Source of the DNA: Acutalibacteraceae bacterium
GTDB lineage: Bacteria > Bacillota > Clostridia > Oscillospirales > Acutalibacteraceae
NCBI GenBank assembly: GCA_045660705.1
Contig: JAZREH010000070.1
Span: 1-36,800 of the forward strand
Direction: 5' to 3'
DNA: 36,800 nt
The notes below the pieces were generated by a model. That model saw only the letters and a list, made by a program, of their open reading frames with translations. It was not told the DNA's origin and made no database searches. This document shows, piece by piece, positions 18,220-25,142 of the stretch (positions are counted from its first letter, which is position 1; every line of letters begins with the position of its first letter). The position numbers were made by a program, and so were the translations under genes.

Positions 18220-18320
18220 TTATGTTAAAATACAGTCAGCCCGTACAAGAAAAGAATATTGCTGTGGAAGGAATACAATATAAACATAGACCTGTACAGG
18301 CTGTCTGTATTTTAACATAA
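18220..18320 (-). repeat. 101-nt element made of 30-nt imperfect inverted repeats around a 41-nt spacer, in the leader of the GH43-dockerin gene
   Basis: Left arm 18220..18249 is TTATGTTAAAATACAGTCAGCCCGTACAAG. The reverse complement of the right arm 18291..18320 is TTATGTTAAAATACAGACAGCCTGTACAGG. Of the 3 differences, 2 become G-U pairs only in the minus-strand RNA. The element ends 19 nt upstream of the start codon at 18200. Confidence 0.8.
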
Positions 18321-18352
18321 CTTCTTAACTTTTACTTCTTACCTCTTACTTC

Positions 18353-18390
18353 AAAAACCCCCGTCCCCCTCCGGGGAGGGAGGCGGGGGC
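18353..18390 (-). terminator. GC-rich intrinsic terminator ending the long upstream operon
   Basis: On the minus strand: GCCCCCGCCTCCCTCCCCGGAGGGGGACGGGGG followed by TTTTT (18357..18353). It starts ~38 nt after the stop at 18428. Confidence 0.75.
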
Positions 18391-18427
18391 GCCGATTAAA
18401 TTTTGTCGGTCAAGACCGCATTTTAAA

Positions 18428-20509
18428 TCAGATAAGTCCTGCCATACGCTTTTTAGCGTTGATAAGGTCAAGGATATCGACACTACCGTCGCCGTTTACA
18501 TCGGCAAATTTATCGGTAAGTTCGCCCGCACCGATAAGACGCTTGCGAAGTTTAATAAGGTCGTCTACATCAACCTTGCCGTCGCCTGTTGCATCACCGC
18601 GAACAAGTGCGGCAGTTATAATATCCTCAACGATACCGGTTACAGGGTTGGTTAACCACTGCTCACCCTTTACGCCGAAATCGGCAACCGAAAGGGTCTT
18701 GTCGACGGTTGCCTCAGTAACCTTGCGATAAGCAAAACCGTCGAAGTGGTGTTCAACACCCGAACCGCCAAACCAAATAAATATCTTTGTTGCGCCTGTG
18801 CTATCGGTCTTGAATCTAACCTGTTCTGTAACCCAACCGTTACTTGCGGTATAACCGAGTTTAGAACTTGACGCCGTACCGCTGCTGATTGTTATATCGC
18901 CGATTGCGGTAGTTTTGCGGTTAAAATACATAATATATTCGGTATTGGGTTCAAGTGTTATATTACCGGTTGTGCTACCGCCACCCGCGTGTTTTATTTC
19001 GCTGTTGCTCATAATTGCGGAATTGCGAGTAAAACGGGTTGGCGTAGATTTGCACCAAGGGAATGATGTATTGTCGATTGAAACCTCATTGAGTTTTTCA
19101 ATCTTGAAACCGTCAAAGGTAAATGTAGTATCCTGTGCTACCGCAGGTATCCACCAACCGTAGTGACCGGCGGTACCCGTTACATAGAACTGTGAGGAAA
19201 TGTACTGCCAACCCTCGTCTGCTTTAAGATTGAATTTATTGGTGTATCTGCCGGCATTTACATCACTGCCGTTGCCGCCCCACCACTCAAAGTTATTTAC
19301 ATCGTGAGAAACCTTTACATAAGCACTTATTACATAGAAACCGGGGTCAATGTTTTTAATGGCAGGGGCGAAGAAATTGGCTTTGCCGGCTGCCAATGTC
19401 ATTTCTGCCTCTTTGCCACTTACAAAACCGCCGTTTTTAACCGTAAAACGGGCATCGTTTTGTGTGAAGGTGGAAAATTCTGCATAACCCGTGGGATTGT
19501 CACTGCGCTTAATAACCGAAAGACCGTCGAAACGAATCCAAGTGTCATTTACAGAAGCGTCAACCGAAAGCCACGATTTAATCCAGATAACTCCCGAAAG
19601 ACCTGTTGTAAACTCAACTTCCTTTAAATACCAACCGTTTGCATCGTTAACAATACTTACGCCGGGTTTTGAGGTGTTTTCACCGTTATGCTCACTAAAG
19701 GTTAACTGCTCATTATTATAGGTGAAAACATTTAAATTACCGTTAACCGTACCCTGAGTAGTGCGGTTATATGCATAAAAATACATTGTATATGTGGTAA
19801 GGGGTTCAAGAACAAATCGCTTGGTAAGAAGTTTACCTGTGCCCCATTTTGTTCCCAAGTTAGCACCGAATGACGAAGATGTAACGGTCTTTACATTTGT
19901 ATCCGTAAGAGCGCCGGCAACACCAGACTGATCAAGCATTTGAAGTTTTTTAAGTTTAAGGTTGTCAAGGCGTATCCAGGTGTTCTTTGTTACACCTGTG
20001 GTTTCATCGGTATATACATTCGCATTAGAAGCACCAAACCAGACAAGACCAACATAAACATAACCATTAGTTACATTACATACGATTCTAACGCCCTTGT
20101 TCCAACCGTTTGTATAGTTGAAACCGTTAACCGTAATCTCTGTTGCAGAGGTAGTGCCGGTGTTAACACCAATCTTAGCAGAAGGTGCCAAATCATCAGC
20201 GGTATTGATATCGCCCGAAGTCATAATATCAAACGAAAATTCATACAAACCGTTTTCAAGTTCATCTATTTTAGAAGTATTACCAAAACCAGCTGTTGCA
20301 CTTCCGTTAAATACAATACTGGTTGTGTCTTCGGGATTCGGACCAGGCAGTGTTGAACAGGCACCACCAAAGAGTTTATTGTCGATTTCGATGTTATGCG
20401 CGCCACCTGATAAAATCGCATCAGCAGCCGAAGCGGGGATCATAGTCATCGGCACAAAAAGTGCCACAACCATAAGAATGCTAATAAAAATACTAATTAA
20501 CTTTTTCAT
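18428..20509 (-). CDS. secreted non-catalytic protein: four CBM-like beta-sandwich modules (A-B-A-B) + type-I dockerin
   Basis: Signal peptide MKKLISIFISILMVVALFVPMTMIPASA. The modules end in WIRLDNLKLKKL, WIRFDGLSVIKR, FTFDGFKIEKL and HHFDGFAYRKV. I recognise no hydrolase motifs. It is a paralogue of residues 1-530 of the upstream 1544-aa protein. Its ATG overlaps the upstream stop (ATGA). Confidence 0.8.
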   Translation of the reverse strand: MKKLISIFISILMVVALFVPMTMIPASAADAILSGGAHNIEIDNKLFGGACSTLPGPNPEDTTSIVFNGSATAGFGNTSKIDELENGLYEFSFDIMTSGDINTADDLAPSAKIGVNTGTTSATEITVNGFNYTNGWNKGVRIVCNVTNGYVYVGLVWFGASNANVYTDETTGVTKNTWIRLDNLKLKKLQMLDQSGVAGALTDTNVKTVTSSSFGANLGTKWGTGKLLTKRFVLEPLTTYTMYFYAYNRTTQGTVNGNLNVFTYNNEQLTFSEHNGENTSKPGVSIVNDANGWYLKEVEFTTGLSGVIWIKSWLSVDASVNDTWIRFDGLSVIKRSDNPTGYAEFSTFTQNDARFTVKNGGFVSGKEAEMTLAAGKANFFAPAIKNIDPGFYVISAYVKVSHDVNNFEWWGGNGSDVNAGRYTNKFNLKADEGWQYISSQFYVTGTAGHYGWWIPAVAQDTTFTFDGFKIEKLNEVSIDNTSFPWCKSTPTRFTRNSAIMSNSEIKHAGGGSTTGNITLEPNTEYIMYFNRKTTAIGDITISSGTASSSKLGYTASNGWVTEQVRFKTDSTGATKIFIWFGGSGVEHHFDGFAYRKVTEATVDKTLSVADFGVKGEQWLTNPVTGIVEDIITAALVRGDATGDGKVDVDDLIKLRKRLIGAGELTDKFADVNGDGSVDILDLINAKKRMAGLI
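18431..18601 (-). other. type-I dockerin module of the 693-aa protein
   Basis: DATGDGKVDVDDLIKLRKRLIG and DVNGDGSVDILDLINAKKRMAG. Confidence 0.85.
19562..19813 (-). repeat. DNA-level paralogous segment (B module), copy 1; partner at 24280..24513
   Basis: It encodes VLEPLTTYTMY..NVFTYNNEQLTFSEHNGE..PGVSIVNDANGW..FTTGLSGVIWIKSWLS. Long identical nucleotide runs are shared with copy 2, e.g. ATACAT[T/C]GTATATGTGGTAAGGGG[T/C]TCAAG. Even the antisense shadow ORFs share ESHDL.QITPE.PVV. Confidence 0.8.
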
Positions 20510-23500
20510 AATGCATTTTTTCCTTTCTTCTTTTTATTCAAGAAAATTATTACTAAAACGGTTAAACCTGCTACAACAAGTACGCCGCCCGCAATTGCTA
20601 TCCAAGTAATCGGACTTGACACTATGTTGCCCTTTTTCTCTACCGTTAAGGTATCAAGTTCGGGTGATTTGGGTCGGTTTTCGGACGGTTTTATTAGTTC
20701 GATTACCTCCTCAACGGGTGCATCGTACTTGGGTCCTTCCCCGCCCTTATAATCCATAATCTTCATATCTCCCTGATACTCCAGTTTGATATCGTCGATA
20801 TATGCCCATTCGCCGGGTTCTACACCTGCCCAGATGCCGACAAGTATCTTACCTTCAGAAACATAGATATCCCGTGTTTCGATTCGCGACCATGTGTCGA
20901 TACTGTACTTAAACTGAGTGTTGATTCCTTTTTCGGCAATTGATGTTGTGTTTACGAAGATATGACCTGACGAAAGACCGCCGCTTGATTTAACCATTGC
21001 AGAAATGGTGTAGTATCCGTTGGGCAGGTCGGTCATATTAAAGCTCGTGCCGCCGCCTACAGACTTGTCTGCAACACCCACAACCAATTTAGTAGCGCTG
21101 TTATATCCACCCGATGTGAGCGTGATCGCACCCTGTTTGATAAGTTTTCCCTTAGGAACCACAAACTCGGCGGCGTAGGGGAATTTAATTTCGCCCCCTT
21201 GTTTACCATTGGTACTTACCTTTCGTATCTCAAAGTCGGTGACTTCAAGCCACTGTTCTGCCGATGTAGACGCATAGAAAATACCGAAGAATAGGTAGCC
21301 GTTTTTAACCGTAATATTTTTTATATATACCTCCTTCCATTCTTTAATGGGCTGTGACAAATCAAGAACTTCCTGCGTTTTAACCTCGGGTCCCGCATTT
21401 ATGCGGATCGAGGCATTACTCTGACCGCCCGAACTTCTTACCTTGGCGGCGACGGTATACTGACCGTCTTCAAGTGTACCCTCTACAAACGACTTATAGA
21501 AGGTAACACTTCTGTCAGGTTCACCCTTGATTACCAATTTATTACCGTCATCTCCGTATGCTGAAAGATGATAATAATTGTAGTTATCGTAGTCTTTGTT
21601 ATATGTAAGATTCCAAGTTGAGTTATTGATGCGGTAGAAATATTCGTACTTTTCGCTATCTATACCGATATCTCCCGTACCCTCACGCAAAAGTTCAATC
21701 CCGCACATTTCAAGTTTTTGTCCCGCGTCTGCACCGCCATACCAAAAACCAATATCAAGTTTACCGTTTGTAACCTTGATATCACTAAGTTCGACAAGTA
21801 CCCAATCGGGTATATTGTACTGCATCTGGATATTTTCCTCTTTGCCGTTATTGGCAATGATTTTTGCAGCAAGTTGACCGCCCGTACTTCTTGCATAACC
21901 GCGAAGTGTGTATGTACCGTCTTCAAGGTCGCCTTTGGCACCAAAGTACCAACTACCATTTGGCAGATTACCGTCAATAAGGATGGTGGTTTCACCCGCC
22001 CAACGACCCGTACCGCCCCTCACGTTTTTGGTGTCACGGGTAAACATTTCGGGATAAAGGGTCTTTTTCCACTCATACTGTTTTTCGGTTACAGCAGGAC
22101 CCTTACCAAGGCGTTTAATCTGAATACCGTCGATTTCAAAGGTTTTGCCTGCAACCGAATTTACCGAAAGCGAAACATAAAGTTTGCCATTTTTAACCTC
22201 AACCCCACGAAGTTCAACCATTTTCCAGTCGGAATATGCGCCGCTAAGGTTATTTGAAGTAACAATACAGTTGCCCGACGAAGCCTTTAGGTATGCGTGG
22301 TTATGACCGCCCGACGAACGAATCTTTGCCGTTACGGTATAGGTGCCGTTTTCAAGGTTTGCAAGACTTCTGTAAAGGGTTGCAGAAAAATCGCTGTCGC
22401 GTGTGATTGTCATACGAGAATCGGTAACCGCACCACCTGCATTAAGGGTAAGATAGTCATAAACCGAAGTGGCAGTAGGACGGAGCGTTGCATTATTTAC
22501 TGTGATAATCTCCGCATACTCCTCTGTGGGAAGTTTTTCTTCCGCTTTAGGCTCACCAACAAGGTGAAGTTGAACATTTTTAAGTTCAAATTTGTGGTCG
22601 AGGTTATTACTGTCATACCATACGCCGATAGCAAGTTTATTATCCGAAACCTTAATATTTGTGATTTCAACCTTTACCCAACCATTGATTTTGTGGAACA
22701 GTTGACGCGCAAGTTCAGTACCGTTATTGGCAATAAGTTTTGCCGAAGACTGACCGCCTGTATTCTTTACATATGCGGTAAGGGTGTAGGTACCGTTTTC
22801 AAGGTTATTTACACCGCCTGCATACCAGGTGCCGAATGCGCCACTATTAGAATTGGTTATAACCAGTTTTCTTGACTTACCGTCGTCCTCGTTATAAACA
22901 CATTTGGGCAGTTCCTTTGTAAAGTTATCAACAGGAACATCGATTGTTTCCTTGTACGTTACGGTAGGTGTCTGAGAATCGGTTTCACCAACCTTTTTAA
23001 CCTGAAAACCGTCGATTTCGATTTTTTGTCCCACATCCTGCGAAACGGTCAATGCAAAATAAAGATAATTGCGGTCAACAACAATATCCTGCTGCTGAAT
23101 AAGTATCCAGTCGGTATATTCAGCGTTATAGTTTCTACCCTTAACCTCGGTATACTGCTGAGGTGTGGTATTGGTTGTAAAACGAACCGCCGCCTGACCG
23201 CCCGTTGAACGGATATAGGCAGAAACGGTATATGTGCCGTTTTCTATTGTACCGTTCATAAGGTCATAAAAGGTAATTGTTGACGCGGTATCGGTAGTAT
23301 AAACAATCCGCGAATCGGTAATTTTACCGCCTTTTTCGTATGTGACCCTATCTTTGTTTGAACTATCCGAACCGGTAAAGCCCATACTGAAGTTATTATA
23401 GGTCTTAATCTTTTCGTATTTTTCCTTTTTGGGAGGATTTAAAAGCGGTGTTACCTCAAGAGCATAGATACCGCATTTATTTGCAGCAATCTGCAGCCCC

Positions 23501-25140
23501 TCTTTGATATCGGTTGCAGGGGTAATAACGATTGTTGGTTGTGCGCTTTGAAGTTTACGGTAACCGACCGAATCAATCTGAAGCGTACCGCCTATGTTTG
23601 TAGCAGTCAGTTTAATCTTACCTGAAGCGGGCGCCTTAACCTTTATCTGCGCTACCGCAAAATCGTTTGACGAAACATCAAGCGAAATACTGTCATTCTT
23701 TTCAGCCTCTGCTTTAAGTTCGCCCTCGCTGACACCGTCTGCCTTATAGCGTACAAAAACAATGTATTCCTTGCCCGCATCAAGTGTAAGTTCGGGGATA
23801 GTATTACCTGCACCGAGTGTCACCGCCTCAGCGTACTCAACCTTAAAGCCGTCAACCGAAAGCCAACCGTTTTGGTCACTGTTATACGAAAGACCAACAT
23901 TCAGCGTACCGTTTGTCACATTTACCGCGGTTGAGAAATATGTCCACTTATCAATGGGGGCATTCTCGGTGCCGTTTTCGATAACGGTATTTACATCATT
24001 TGCAAAAAGTTTTGTTGTGGCAGAGCCGCCCGAACTCTTAAAGTAGCCGCTGACGATATACATACCGTTTTTCACACTCTTATGGGTGGAGGATACGGTA
24101 TATTCGCTGCCAGTACCTGTAAGTTTAAGTTCGTTACTGCCGATAAATCCGCCTGCCTCAACCGCCGCGTTTACATTTGCGGTGGAATCAATCTTGTTAT
24201 TATCGACATAACCCTGTATTGAAGAACCTTCCTTTGCAATCGAAAGTCCGTTTATATAGAGTGTGGCCGACGGATTTGAAAGCCACGACTTAACCCAGAT
24301 AACACCCGAAAGTCCCGTTGTAAAGGTGAGTTTCTTTACAATCCAGTTGCCCGTAGAATCGGCAATCGAAACGCCTGGGTTTGCAACCTTTTCGCCGTTA
24401 TTTTCACTGAAAGTGGGTTGGTCGTTATTATATGTGAAAACATTGAAAGTACCGTTGAAACCTGTGTTTGAAACAGGAATATACATCGTATATGTGGTAA
24501 GGGGCTCAAGCACATAGCGACCTGTAAGCAGGAAATTTCCCGGAACGACAATAAGCGATTTCGGTGAAACATAGGTCTTTGCGGTGGTTTTACCCGCGTT
24601 TATGGCATTGATATCAAGTTCCGTTACCTTTTCGACGGTTATGTTATCAAGTTTAATCCAAGTACCCGCGGGACCTGTGTACCACATAACACCTACCCAG
24701 ACATAGCCGTCGGTAACATCCGCCATAACCTGAACGGTGGTCCATTCGGTATAGTTTGCGGCGTTCAAAAATCTTTCGCCTGTGTTTTGTCCGTTTACAT
24801 TGGCGCCGAGTTTTACACTTGACTGACCGCCCGAACTTTTAACATCGAAACTGATTGCATAAAGACCGTTTTCAAGTTCAATCTTGCGGGTCGCGCCGAA
24901 AGATTTGCCGTTAGGGTCGGCTTTTATCATAACGCTATCGTTTGAAACCGACCCAGGCTCATTCACACAGAAATTTGTAAAAAGCGAGTTGAAATAGTGC
25001 CTTTTTTCGGAAAAAGGCTCGGTTATATAACCGTCGTCTGCATCCGCTTTGACGATATTAGGGAGTTTAATTGCAAGCGGTGTGCAGATAATCAGCGCCG
25101 CCAAAAGAATGCTTAAAATTTTAACGGATGTTTTCTTCAT
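20506..25140 (-). CDS. secreted, C-terminally membrane-anchored non-catalytic protein built from ~10 CBM-like beta-sandwich modules
   Basis: 1544 aa with signal peptide MKKTSVKILSILLAALIICTPLAI. There are eight modules with the signature [EPK]-[ND]-G-x-Y-x-[VLI]-x-[AG]-x-x-[KR]-[SN]-[ST]-G-G (e.g. LENGTYTLTAYVKNTGGQSSAKL) plus two B-type modules (LEPLTTYTMY.., LDAGKEYIVFVRY..). The C-terminal TM helix ITWIAIAGGVLVVAGLTVLVIIFL (20539..20610) is followed by NKKKKGKNAL. No catalytic motif recognised. Confidence 0.8.
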   Translation of the reverse strand: MKKTSVKILSILLAALIICTPLAIKLPNIVKADADDGYITEPFSEKRHYFNSLFTNFCVNEPGSVSNDSVMIKADPNGKSFGATRKIELENGLYAISFDVKSSGGQSSVKLGANVNGQNTGERFLNAANYTEWTTVQVMADVTDGYVWVGVMWYTGPAGTWIKLDNITVEKVTELDINAINAGKTTAKTYVSPKSLIVVPGNFLLTGRYVLEPLTTYTMYIPVSNTGFNGTFNVFTYNNDQPTFSENNGEKVANPGVSIADSTGNWIVKKLTFTTGLSGVIWVKSWLSNPSATLYINGLSIAKEGSSIQGYVDNNKIDSTANVNAAVEAGGFIGSNELKLTGTGSEYTVSSTHKSVKNGMYIVSGYFKSSGGSATTKLFANDVNTVIENGTENAPIDKWTYFSTAVNVTNGTLNVGLSYNSDQNGWLSVDGFKVEYAEAVTLGAGNTIPELTLDAGKEYIVFVRYKADGVSEGELKAEAEKNDSISLDVSSNDFAVAQIKVKAPASGKIKLTATNIGGTLQIDSVGYRKLQSAQPTIVITPATDIKEGLQIAANKCGIYALEVTPLLNPPKKEKYEKIKTYNNFSMGFTGSDSSNKDRVTYEKGGKITDSRIVYTTDTASTITFYDLMNGTIENGTYTVSAYIRSTGGQAAVRFTTNTTPQQYTEVKGRNYNAEYTDWILIQQQDIVVDRNYLYFALTVSQDVGQKIEIDGFQVKKVGETDSQTPTVTYKETIDVPVDNFTKELPKCVYNEDDGKSRKLVITNSNSGAFGTWYAGGVNNLENGTYTLTAYVKNTGGQSSAKLIANNGTELARQLFHKINGWVKVEITNIKVSDNKLAIGVWYDSNNLDHKFELKNVQLHLVGEPKAEEKLPTEEYAEIITVNNATLRPTATSVYDYLTLNAGGAVTDSRMTITRDSDFSATLYRSLANLENGTYTVTAKIRSSGGHNHAYLKASSGNCIVTSNNLSGAYSDWKMVELRGVEVKNGKLYVSLSVNSVAGKTFEIDGIQIKRLGKGPAVTEKQYEWKKTLYPEMFTRDTKNVRGGTGRWAGETTILIDGNLPNGSWYFGAKGDLEDGTYTLRGYARSTGGQLAAKIIANNGKEENIQMQYNIPDWVLVELSDIKVTNGKLDIGFWYGGADAGQKLEMCGIELLREGTGDIGIDSEKYEYFYRINNSTWNLTYNKDYDNYNYYHLSAYGDDGNKLVIKGEPDRSVTFYKSFVEGTLEDGQYTVAAKVRSSGGQSNASIRINAGPEVKTQEVLDLSQPIKEWKEVYIKNITVKNGYLFFGIFYASTSAEQWLEVTDFEIRKVSTNGKQGGEIKFPYAAEFVVPKGKLIKQGAITLTSGGYNSATKLVVGVADKSVGGGTSFNMTDLPNGYYTISAMVKSSGGLSSGHIFVNTTSIAEKGINTQFKYSIDTWSRIETRDIYVSEGKILVGIWAGVEPGEWAYIDDIKLEYQGDMKIMDYKGGEGPKYDAPVEEVIELIKPSENRPKSPELDTLTVEKKGNIVSSPITWIAIAGGVLVVAGLTVLVIIFLNKKKKGKNAL
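20776..23418 (-). repeat. tandem array of six ~140-150-aa modules (protein-level repeat, period ~420-440 nt) arranged as (a-b)x3
   Basis: Approximate module borders are aa 575-716, 722-860, 870-1010, 1020-1152, 1160-1308 and 1315-1455 of the 1544-aa ORF. Odd modules share GG..TDSR..T...F/Y leaders and ..E(I/V)(D/T)(G/D)(F/I)(Q/E)(V/I)(K/R)(K/R) ends. Even modules share K(L/I)IANNG and (I/V)G(V/F/I)W(Y/A). Confidence 0.75.
24280..24513 (-). repeat. DNA-level paralogous segment (B module), copy 2; partner at 19562..19813
   Basis: It encodes VLEPLTTYTMYIPVSNTGFNGTFNVFTYNNDQPTFSENNGEKVANPGVSIADSTGNWIVKKLTFTTGLSGVIWVKSWLS. See copy 1. Confidence 0.8.
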
Positions 25141-25142
25141 AC

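Noticed and set aside
18220-18320. Calling the inverted-repeat element a MITE or other mobile element.
   Set aside because: There is no unambiguous target-site duplication; the flanking TA is itself palindromic and may belong to the arms. There is no second copy in the window and no transposase. It is kept as one hypothesis in the findings but is not annotated as a mobile element.
20509-20658. Sortase (LPXTG-type) cell-wall sorting signals on the two TM-tailed surface proteins.
   Set aside because: No LPXTG, NPQTN, SPKTG or similar motif precedes either helix, so I did not call them sortase substrates.
20776-23418. Possible CRISPR-like or satellite periodicity.
   Set aside because: The period is ~420-440 nt. 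It lies inside one continuous ORF and is conserved at protein rather than DNA level. There are no short direct repeats with spacers and no cas genes.
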